A stretch of DNA of 64,000 nt from Kiritimatiellia bacterium (GTDB lineage: Bacteria > Verrucomicrobiota > Kiritimatiellia > RFP12 > UBA1067): positions 35,617-99,616 of the forward strand of contig JAQIBS010000107.1 of the NCBI GenBank assembly GCA_027858965.1, given 5' to 3'. The translations under genes and the position numbers were made by a program. The notes beneath the pieces are model-generated. The model did not search any database and was not told where the DNA came from. It saw only the letters and a list, made by a program, of their open reading frames with translations. This document shows, piece after piece, positions 56,291 through 64,000 of this stretch; positions within the stretch are counted from its first letter, which is position 1; every line of letters starts with the position of its first letter.

Positions 56291-58999
56291 CTATTCAAAA
56301 TCGCCCTCCGCACTCTCGACGGGCGCATGGCCGAGGTCGATGACCTGACTACGCAGACTCTCGTTTACCTTCTTCAGCTCTACCATACGATTTTCCCGCC
56401 CCGCCATGGCGCTAACAATCTTCTTCAGCTCGGCGGTCCGCCGAGCTGCCTTCTCTTCCGCCAGTTTCTTTTCGGTGATATCCATGCAGAAGACGATCAC
56501 CCCCGCGATGTTACCGGCTGCGTCGCGATGCGGAATCTTGTCGGTAATATACCAGTGCGTATCACCAGCAGCGGTGTGCAGGGGTTCAATAATCCCGAGC
56601 TTGGGCTGTCCTGATTGGATAACCTCGAGATCGTCTATGCGGAACCGTTCTGCCTCGTCGGGAAAGATCTCGGAGTCTGTCTTGCCTTCAATGTCGGCCA
56701 CGGTCATCCCGACAGATTCGGAGGCAGTCCGATTGACACGGAGGATTCGGCCTTCGGTATCTTTGAACCATATCATCGCACGCACCGAATCAAGGATGAC
56801 CTGTTGTTCAGAGCTTATCTTGGTAATCTCAGCGGTTCGTGCTGTCACCAGTTCCTCCAGATGGTCGCGGTACTTGATCAGTTCCGCTTCTGCCCGCTGG
56901 AGTTCAGAAAGCATTCTAGACTGTTGGATTGCACTGAAACTCAACGTTGAAATAATTGCAGAAAGTTTAGAGTAAAAGCGCATGCCGGCCTCCGCTTCTT
57001 GCCGACTGAATCTAGGGACTTTTTCGAATGCCGCAAGGTATTCCGTCTCATCGAATCCGTATTTCCGGGCCTGCTTCCGGAACAACTCGACATCGGGTGT
57101 TTCGTCAGTGTAAAAGAACTGACCGGTAAATACATTACCGACATGCTGGTCCCCTATCATAAGGGGTGTGACCATATCCCACATGTGGTTCTTGCAGTGG
57201 TATGCCTTAAAGGTTCCGAATGCTACCCCTTTGGTGAGGCAGGTGTCACTTTCAAGGCAGTTCTTGCATGATTCGGGATGAGCCCTGTGGAATTTCGTGC
57301 AGATATCCTGCCAGCCGACGGCCACTAAAATATTTCCGGAAAGGTCGAGTACAGCGCCCAACATGCCGGTCATCTGATAAAACTCTTCCATAATCGACTG
57401 CAGAACGTTGGTGTCAATAATGTCGGCAAGTTCAAGCGTACCGATATCGCCATCGGGTTCGATAATCGCTTTGAGCTTATTCCGGATGGTGGTTTCACTT
57501 TGGCGCAAGGCCTCCTCCGTCTGCTTGCGCTCGGTGATGTCGGAGTGCGTGCCTACCATGCGTAGCGGTTGGCCGGCGGCATCGCGGCTGACCACCATGC
57601 CGCGAGAGAGAATCCACTTGTAGCTGCCGTCTTTGCAGCGCATCCGAAATTCATTGACATAGATGGGAGTACGGTCGGCCAGATAGTTCTGAAAATTCGC
57701 CAGTGCACCCGCTAGATCGTCCGGATGGACAATTTTTTCCCACTCCTTAAACAGGTTCGCGATTTCGCTTTCGGCATACCCAAGTATTTCTTTCCAGCGT
57801 TTGGAAAAACGCACCGTTTTGGTTGGAATTTCCATATCCCATACACCATCACCGGCACCTTCGAGCGCAAACTTCCAGCGTTCCTCACTGGTCCGCAGGC
57901 GCGTTTCCTCCTTTTTCTGCCTGGCCAATTCACGCCGGGAAAACTTCAGCATTTGTTTTCGCCACAGCAGGCCGACGCTCAGCATGGCCGTTAGCAACAG
58001 AAGAGCGATGATGGCTGCGGTGGCCCAAGTCTCTTTGCGAAGCGGGCCGTAAATTTCCTTCTGATCAACCTTAGTCACCAAGAACCATGGTGTGCCCGGA
58101 ATCTTTCGCAACGCCGCTAAAACCGGGATGCCTCGGCAGTCTACCCCTTCCACTACGCCTTCCTTCCCCTGGACGGCCTTTGCTGCGGGCCGGTTCGGAT
58201 CGTTGATTGGAATCCGCAATGCCAGCGCAGCGTTGGTGCGATGGCGAAGATCATTTAGAAAAACCACCTCGTTGTCCTCGCGCCGGACGAGCAACGTTTT
58301 CGCCGTGGAGCTGGGTGTCGGCCAGCTCTGGATGAGGGGGTAGAGAAATCGCTGCGGATCTACAACCAGAAGCAACACGCCGTCCGCCGGTTGGTCTGCC
58401 TGCGAGTTGATACCGAATGGAATTAAGAAGGATAAATGGGTCAACTGGTTGGAATGGCAGTGATGCAGATCCTCAAAAACGACTTCCCTTGCATGCAACG
58501 CGGCTCCAACATGCTCGTCGATATGGGAGTCTTGCAGGAGGGAAGCATCAGCCGGCACCGCCAGTCGGGCTGCGCCGTGTGCGTCAAACAAGATCACTTG
58601 GCTGTAGTCATAATCCTGCTGAAATGTGGTCATCCACTTGAGCAACTCATCGCGATTGGCCGCGTCATCCGGTTCTGTGAAAAATTGCTGAATTTCATCC
58701 CAAACCATGTGCGTCTTGAAAATGATATTGGCATTGTTGTGCCGGTTCTTTATCCATCCCGCAATCTGGTTGACCTTCAAGTCCGCGATGGCAGCCAGCG
58801 TCTCCGTAGCGGTGCGATGGGTTTCGGCTTGTTGGCGTTTGTAATACACCCAGCAGGAGGGACCAATGGTCGCTATGCATATCAATGCGAGGGCGAAAAA
58901 GACACAGCGAAACCGGCGATCGACTACAGCGTTTGGAGTTGAGGATGGAGAAAGTGGCGATGCGTCTTGTGTCTTGGCAGGCGATTTGGCTTTCTTCAC
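56291..58999 (-). CDS. Kinase-less sensor: TM, Cache-like periplasmic domain, TM, PAS, PocR-like Cys-rich domain, PAS, and a C-terminal signalling-helix tail
   Basis: It ends after RRTAELKKIVSAMAGRENRMVELKK with no kinase core. The start was reassigned to the GTG at 58999, which follows the GAAAGAAGGACGA ribosome-binding site conserved with the RR gene leader. Confidence 0.65.
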   Translation of the reverse strand: MKKAKSPAKTQDASPLSPSSTPNAVVDRRFRCVFFALALICIATIGPSCWVYYKRQQAETHRTATETLAAIADLKVNQIAGWIKNRHNNANIIFKTHMVWDEIQQFFTEPDDAANRDELLKWMTTFQQDYDYSQVILFDAHGAARLAVPADASLLQDSHIDEHVGAALHAREVVFEDLHHCHSNQLTHLSFLIPFGINSQADQPADGVLLLVVDPQRFLYPLIQSWPTPSSTAKTLLVRREDNEVVFLNDLRHRTNAALALRIPINDPNRPAAKAVQGKEGVVEGVDCRGIPVLAALRKIPGTPWFLVTKVDQKEIYGPLRKETWATAAIIALLLLTAMLSVGLLWRKQMLKFSRRELARQKKEETRLRTSEERWKFALEGAGDGVWDMEIPTKTVRFSKRWKEILGYAESEIANLFKEWEKIVHPDDLAGALANFQNYLADRTPIYVNEFRMRCKDGSYKWILSRGMVVSRDAAGQPLRMVGTHSDITERKQTEEALRQSETTIRNKLKAIIEPDGDIGTLELADIIDTNVLQSIMEEFYQMTGMLGAVLDLSGNILVAVGWQDICTKFHRAHPESCKNCLESDTCLTKGVAFGTFKAYHCKNHMWDMVTPLMIGDQHVGNVFTGQFFYTDETPDVELFRKQARKYGFDETEYLAAFEKVPRFSRQEAEAGMRFYSKLSAIISTLSFSAIQQSRMLSELQRAEAELIKYRDHLEELVTARTAEITKISSEQQVILDSVRAMIWFKDTEGRILRVNRTASESVGMTVADIEGKTDSEIFPDEAERFRIDDLEVIQSGQPKLGIIEPLHTAAGDTHWYITDKIPHRDAAGNIAGVIVFCMDITEKKLAEEKAARRTAELKKIVSAMAGRENRMVELKKVNESLRSQVIDLGHAPVESAEGDFE

Positions 59000-59000
59000 T

Positions 59001-59175
59001 TCGTCCTTCTTTCTGTGTGAATTTATTTCCGCGCAGACCCTAAGATGCGGTAACCCAAGTATAGGATATGGCGTTGTCCAGAGAAATACCCGAGAACGGA
59101 TCGCGCATATCAATCTGACGTAAGCACTGATTTATCTATAAAATAGTTTGCCTCTCGGCATAAAAATAGTCAAGT
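59001..59175 (-). promoter_or_regulatory. Leader/promoter of the first sensor gene; duplicate of 51761-51940
   Basis: See the 51761-51940 entry. Confidence 0.55.
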
Positions 59176-59484
59176 CATTTATTCTGAAAACGGCAGTTGA
59201 AATCGTTAAAGACGTTGTAAGTGGAGCCAAAAATGGCTCCCGCGCTAACTTTATAGAGGGTTGCCAGTGATAATGTAGCCCAAGCATCCTGCTTGGCTTA
59301 TTATTGAGGCAAGCCGGTCTTCGCCCTTTGGGCTACGCCCCGACACGGCAGGATGCTTGCATTACTGTCCCCCGTACTCGCACACGTACTCCTGCACTCA
59401 AATCTCTTTTCCCGCTATCCTCATCAGGTTTAACCGCAGCCTCAATTTCGGTTCTTCCGACTTTTTAATGGGTGAATCATCGCT

Positions 59485-59582
59485 ACTCGGTATCGGGATC
59501 GCTATCGCTATCGGACACAGCAACCATCGGATTAAATTCGATACCGATGCCGATACCGATTGCGATATCGACAACAAAGACC
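59485..59582. repeat. Inverted GGTATC/GATACC hexamer arrays (potential long hairpin) in the divergent region between the sensor gene and purM
   Basis: CGGTATCGGGATCGCTATCGCTATCGG ... CGATACCGATGCCGATACCGATTGCGATATCG. Confidence 0.65.
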
Positions 59583-59836
59583 AATATTCACGTATAAACG
59601 ACAGTTTTAGTAACTTTCACAGCCTTTCACATCCATTTCAGCAGTCAAGGCCCTTGAGTTGAAAAAAGGTTACCCACACAAAAGTCGGAATAACCTCAAC
59701 TTTTTGTTTTTATAGCATAAAGCAGGGGGCGGTATTCATTCAGGCTGCATTTTCTGATTTTTTTGCTGGATAGCAGCCATTATAAGTGTTAATTTGCATC
59801 AATTATTGGAGTTTGTTCCATATAAAAGGGTTTATT

Positions 59837-60889
59837 ATGAAGAAAAAAGCAGTTGTCAAAAAAAAGAAGTCAGCATACGCTAACGCCGGAGTGGATATCG
59901 ATTCAAAGATGAATGGTATTCAAAGTATTAAAAAGATGGTAGCAGCCACCCAGACCGAGGGTGTTATTGGTGGAATTGGCAGTTTTGGCGGCCTTTTTGA
60001 GTCACCCGGTCGCGATCATATGCTGGTTTCCAGCGCTGATGGCGTGGGAACAAAGCTCAAGGTTGCCTGCATGGCTAATAAACACGACACCATTGGACAG
60101 GATATTGTTAATCATTGCGTAAATGATATTCTGGTGCAGGGTGCGAAACCGCTCTTTTTCCTCGATTATATTGGTGCGGCCCGTTTTGATGCTGAGATTT
60201 TCAATAATGTGATTAAAGGGCTTTGCCAGGCCTGCAAGCAGAATAACTGTGCGCTTCTGGGTGGCGAAACCGCTGAGATGCCTGGGCTTTATCCATTAGG
60301 TGAGTATGATCTGGTCGGAACTATAATCGGTACCGTGAAAAAGAGCAAGGTTATCACCGGAGAGAAGATCAGGCCTGGCGATGTGGTTATCGGGCTGCCT
60401 TCCGGTGGATTGCAGACCAATGGCTATTCGCTGGCCCGTAAGGTTATTTTTGATAAGTGTGGTCATGGTCTTCAGGATATATTCCCCGGAACCAAATCAA
60501 CCGTCACCCAGATTCTGCTGGCGGTTCACAAGAGCTTTCTTAAGCCGGTCACCGCTCTGATGGATGCCAAAATCCCGATTCCTGGTATGGCACATATCAC
60601 AGGTGGTGGTTTTTATGACAATATTCCGCGTGTTCTGCCTGATAACTGTGATGCCGAGATTGATCGCTCCAGCTGGAGTGTTCCGCCGGTCTTTACCTTT
60701 ATTGAACGTGAGGGCAAGGTGGATCACGATGAGATGTACCGCGTCTTTAATATGGGCATCGGCTATACCATCATTGTGCGCCCTAAGGATGTGGATGCCA
60801 CAATGAAGATTCTGAAGAAGATGCGTCAGGCACCGCTTGTTATTGGTAAGATCACCAAGGGCAAAAAAGTTGTCACTTGCATCAACTAA
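59837..60889 (+). CDS. purM: Phosphoribosylformylglycinamidine cyclo-ligase (AIR synthetase)
   Basis: SAYANAGVDID N-terminal motif and PurM family similarity throughout. The start was set at the ATG at 59837. Confidence 0.85.
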   Translation: MKKKAVVKKKKSAYANAGVDIDSKMNGIQSIKKMVAATQTEGVIGGIGSFGGLFESPGRDHMLVSSADGVGTKLKVACMANKHDTIGQDIVNHCVNDILVQGAKPLFFLDYIGAARFDAEIFNNVIKGLCQACKQNNCALLGGETAEMPGLYPLGEYDLVGTIIGTVKKSKVITGEKIRPGDVVIGLPSGGLQTNGYSLARKVIFDKCGHGLQDIFPGTKSTVTQILLAVHKSFLKPVTALMDAKIPIPGMAHITGGGFYDNIPRVLPDNCDAEIDRSSWSVPPVFTFIEREGKVDHDEMYRVFNMGIGYTIIVRPKDVDATMKILKKMRQAPLVIGKITKGKKVVTCIN

Positions 60890-60967
60890 AATAATTCGGC
60901 GCACCGAATTATACGATTCCGCTTCGCGGAGGTCGGCTGCGCCTTCCAATTGTAAATTGTGGTAGCC

Positions 60968-61016
60968 CAATCGGTATCGGCATCGGTATCGGTATCGGTA
61001 TCGGTATCGGCATCGC
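60968..61016. repeat. Tandem hexamer array (GGTATC/GGCATC), about 7 units
   Basis: TCGGTATCGGCATCGGTATCGGTATCGGTATCGGTATCGGCATCG. Confidence 0.8.
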
Positions 61017-61067
61017 GAGATTCCGTTCAAAAAGGTTTCCAGCGTGAGTAAGATCGCTGGCTTTTCT

Positions 61068-61160
61068 GTAGCGTTGGCGAGGGAGCCAAAATCGGGCTGC
61101 GTTAATTGGCTCCCGTCGCCAACGCTACAACAAATTGGCTCCCGTCGCCAACGCTACAGT
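61068..61160. repeat. Inverted arm followed by two tandem 26-bp repeats (AATTGGCTCCCGTCGCCAACGCTACA)
   Basis: GTAGCGTTGGCGAGGGAGCCAA at 61068-61089 is the reverse complement of the tandem unit. Confidence 0.7.
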
Positions 61161-61566
61161 TTATACCAATATGTGCCCCGTGCGGGGAGCCTTTTCGATG
61201 CTGATACCAAGTTTCGACAGACAATCCGTTTAAGCTTGGTGGTTAAGTGTAGACACTCTTAAACGCCACTCTTACTCGGTTACTCTTAAACGAAAAACTT
61301 TCATCGGTTAAAAAGGTCAGTAGCTCCCGGTCCGGCCTCCAGACTTCGCTTTCAGCTACGTCCAGACACGGCTTCTGACCCCAGCGACAGTTGGCGACAC
61401 ATCCTACGATGCTAATTTCACTTTAGAACGCCCGCACTCTTTCCCCTTGTTTTATGCAACGCGAAGCGTTGTTGACTAATGCAGTGATGGCTTTCCCGTA
61501 ACCGTTCAAAGGGAGAGAAAAGATTCGCATATCACAAGGGTTCAGTCAGGTTGCAGATTCGCTGCA

Positions 61567-62577
61567 TTAGCTCTGCAGAGCGGTGATGACAATTGTTCCG
61601 AATATATCATCGGCGCTGCATCCGCGCGAGAGATCGTTGACCGGTTTGGCCAGTCCCTGGAGCACCGGGCCCAGCGCATCCGCACCAGCCAGGCGCTGTA
61701 CAAGCTTATAGCCGATGTTGGCTGCCTGCAGATCCGGGAATACCAGAACATTGGCATCGCCTTTGATATCGCCATTCTTGTTTTTTGAGGCTCCAACCGA
61801 GGGAACCAACGCGGCATCGGCCTGCATTTCGCCGTCCACAACGGCATCAATACCTATCTCTTCAAAACGGGTTTTGGCCATAGCGGCCGCAGAGCTGACT
61901 TTGTCGACCAGTTCGTGTTTGGCGCTGCCATTGGTAGAAAAGCTCAGGAAGGCAATGCGCGGGGTTTCGCCAATCAGATTGCGGTATGAGCCAGCAGTGG
62001 CCTGGGCAATATCAACCAGCTGTTCCGCCGTTGGATTGGGGTTAACTGCGCAATCAGAGAAAATCAGAGTGGAGTTGCCGGAGGCAGTCGGTTCTTTCAG
62101 ATCCATGATAAAGCATGATGAGGCGAGCTTAATGCCGGGGGCTGTGCCGACACAGTGAAATGCACTGCGCAGCATATCGCCGGTGGAGGAGATTGATCCC
62201 GCAACAAGGCCCTGAGCCATATCAAGTGCCACCATTATTCCGCCAAAGTAGAGTCGCTTTGTCTTAAGTGTGTTCAGCGCCTCTTCTTCTGTCAGGCCTT
62301 TGGCTTTACGCTTTTCATACAAAGCTTTGGCAAGTTCAGGCAGCAGGCTGGAGGTGGTGTAGTTAATAACCTGTACATCGGCGGAGGCCAGGGTGACACC
62401 TGCTTCTGCCTCGGCAGCTGCGATTTCGTCAGGAGTGCCGAGGACAATCGGACTGGCAACTCCGGCTTGAGCGGCTTTGACAGCCGCTGCAATAACGCGC
62501 GGATCCTGTCCTTCCGGCAGAACAATTATTTTGTTCTGCTCCTGCGCTTTTGGAATCATTACATCAAGAATCCCCAT
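61567..62577 (-). CDS. pta: Phosphate acetyltransferase
   Basis: Pta family similarity throughout (IVLPEGQDPRV..., SADDIFGTIVITALQ). It lies immediately downstream of ackA. Confidence 0.9.
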   Translation of the reverse strand: MGILDVMIPKAQEQNKIIVLPEGQDPRVIAAAVKAAQAGVASPIVLGTPDEIAAAEAEAGVTLASADVQVINYTTSSLLPELAKALYEKRKAKGLTEEEALNTLKTKRLYFGGIMVALDMAQGLVAGSISSTGDMLRSAFHCVGTAPGIKLASSCFIMDLKEPTASGNSTLIFSDCAVNPNPTAEQLVDIAQATAGSYRNLIGETPRIAFLSFSTNGSAKHELVDKVSSAAAMAKTRFEEIGIDAVVDGEMQADAALVPSVGASKNKNGDIKGDANVLVFPDLQAANIGYKLVQRLAGADALGPVLQGLAKPVNDLSRGCSADDIFGTIVITALQS

Positions 62578-62588
62578 TAGTACCTCTC

Positions 62589-63833
62589 TTATTTCTTTTT
62601 TGCCGGGATGGCTGTGTCTGTCAGCAGTTTGTATGTTTCGCGGGAGATCATCAGCTCTTCGTTGGTCGGGATAACGAGTACAGGGGTTTTGGAATCCTCT
62701 GTTGCGATAAGTTGCTGCACTCCAAAGCAGCTGGCGTTCTTCTTCTCATCCAGTGTGCAGCCGATGGCTTCAAGGCGTGAAGTAATGGCTTTACGTGCAG
62801 GGGCGCTGTTTTCACCAATTCCTCCGGTAAAGATAATTGCATCGGCTCCACCCAATAGGGTGTAGTATCCGCCGATGTAGAGTGCGGCCCGGTGGGCAAA
62901 CATATTGATTGCGTTAATGGCTGCGGCTTTGCCCATCTCAGCTGCGTGTACGGTGTCACGCATGTCGCCGTTTCCATCAAGGCCGTTGACCGCTTTCAGC
63001 CCGCTTTTCGTATTCAGGGCATCATCGATTTCATCAATGCTGAATCCCTTACGTGCCAGGAAAAAGATTAATGCAGGGTCAATATCTCCACTGCGGGTTC
63101 CCATAATCAATCCCGGTAGAGGGGTGAGTCCCATGGATGTGTCGAGAACTTTCCCCTTTTCAATGGCTGTAATTGATGCGCCATTGCCCATATGGCAGGT
63201 GATCAGATTGAGTTCCTCGAGAGGTTTCTTGAAATAGTTGGCAGCGGCTTGTGCCACAAACTTGTGTGATGTGCCGTGAAAACCGTATTTACGAACACCG
63301 TATTCAGTATAGTACTCCTGCGGAATGGCGTACATATAGGCGTGCTTGGGCATGCTCTGATGAAAGGCTGTATCAAAAACAGCTACATTAGGTACTCCTG
63401 GGAAAACGGTCTCGCAGGCAATTATTCCATCCAGATTGGCGGGGTTGTGCAGGGGAGCCAGATCGTTACACGCTTTAATACTGGTTTTGACATCCTCTGT
63501 AACAAGTACAGAGCTTTTAAATGATTCGCCTCCATGGACAACCCTGTGTCCGATGGCCTGAACATCTTTGAGACTTTTGAGAACGCCGCGCTCTTTATCA
63601 ATTAGCATCTTACAGACAACTACCAGGGCTTTTCCGTGATTTTCGGCTGTTACCAGCTGCTCTGTTTTTTTCTCTCCGTTGCGTGAATAAACCAGATTGG
63701 CTTCATCGCCGATACGCTCGACCATTCCTTTGGCCAGCATTGTCTCGTTAATCATGCTGAAAATCATGAATTTCAGTGATGAACTGCCGGAATTAATAAC
63801 CAGAACTTTGTCATATTTTTTATGTGGCATCAT
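62589..63833 (-). CDS. ackA: Acetate kinase
   Basis: VLVINSGSSSLKF N-terminal motif. The start was set at the ATG at 63833, which follows an AAGGAAAG Shine-Dalgarno. Confidence 0.9.
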   Translation of the reverse strand: MMPHKKYDKVLVINSGSSSLKFMIFSMINETMLAKGMVERIGDEANLVYSRNGEKKTEQLVTAENHGKALVVVCKMLIDKERGVLKSLKDVQAIGHRVVHGGESFKSSVLVTEDVKTSIKACNDLAPLHNPANLDGIIACETVFPGVPNVAVFDTAFHQSMPKHAYMYAIPQEYYTEYGVRKYGFHGTSHKFVAQAAANYFKKPLEELNLITCHMGNGASITAIEKGKVLDTSMGLTPLPGLIMGTRSGDIDPALIFFLARKGFSIDEIDDALNTKSGLKAVNGLDGNGDMRDTVHAAEMGKAAAINAINMFAHRAALYIGGYYTLLGGADAIIFTGGIGENSAPARKAITSRLEAIGCTLDEKKNASCFGVQQLIATEDSKTPVLVIPTNEELMISRETYKLLTDTAIPAKKK

Positions 63834-64000
63834 ATACTTTCCTTTTGCCTGACTGACTTTAATCAAATATTAAATAAATGCCTATTTGCAGTAATCAAAC
63901 AACATGTTAGAATAAATTAAAATTTTGATACAATTAGGTATCGGTGCATGTTTGAAAAAACGTTTATAATATGCTCCTGTTTGGCTTTGTAATCAAGACC

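Noticed and set aside
52191-58999. The kinase-less sensors considered as plain pseudogenes of histidine kinases
   Set aside because: This was not adopted as the main reading. Both end at the same structural point, and the tail keeps a clean, mutually conserved motif (MAGRENRM) rather than decaying. No kinase remnants follow either stop in any frame, and the reading frames are otherwise intact. Truncation nevertheless remains the null hypothesis.
59485-61016. GGTATC hexamer arrays considered as a possible CRISPR array
   Set aside because: The units are 6 bp with no intervening unique spacers and no cas genes nearby. They are simple tandem or inverted microsatellite-like arrays.

Overview
This 64-kb window comes from a moderate-GC (about 50%) genome. 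Its gene content points to an anaerobic member of the PVC group (Verrucomicrobia, Lentisphaerae, Kiritimatiellae-like), though that placement is only an inference from gene families. The supporting genes are a prepilin-type N-methylation-domain protein, many BNR sialidase-like and LamG/concanavalin-like secreted proteins, a sulfatase remnant, a Bat aerotolerance-type VWA protein, a two-subunit class I fumarate hydratase and pta-ackA. The window has three broad parts. (1) Housekeeping and metabolism: PHP, fumAB, fmt, pseudopilin, priA, an MGMT-family protein, dtd, icd, a 2-keto-3-deoxy-acid catabolic operon with a GntR regulator and TRAP DctQM, purM and pta-ackA. (2) A roughly 18-kb secreted glycan (probably sialoglycan) degradation locus. 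It contains two paralogous LamG proteins driven by near-identical promoters, a sialate-O-acetylesterase-like SGNH-LamG-DUF4091 fusion, three BNR sialidase-like proteins, an internally deleted sulfatase and a TRAP substrate-binding protein. (3) A signalling locus on the minus strand. It contains two kinase-less multi-PAS sensors, one histidine kinase, a CheY-like receiver and a hybrid histidine kinase. The receiver and hybrid kinase sit between two inverted copies of a 125-133 bp MITE-like element (21-bp TIRs) and share a duplicated ~170-nt leader with the first sensor. Beyond the genes, the window holds an unusually rich set of intergenic repeat families. These include stop-codon-rich tandem repeats abutting gene 3' ends, 117-bp inverted repeats bracketing two SGNH hydrolase genes, GGTATC hexamer hairpin arrays and several conserved 40-120 bp structured elements. 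No rRNA gene or CRISPR array was found; tRNA genes were not searched for.
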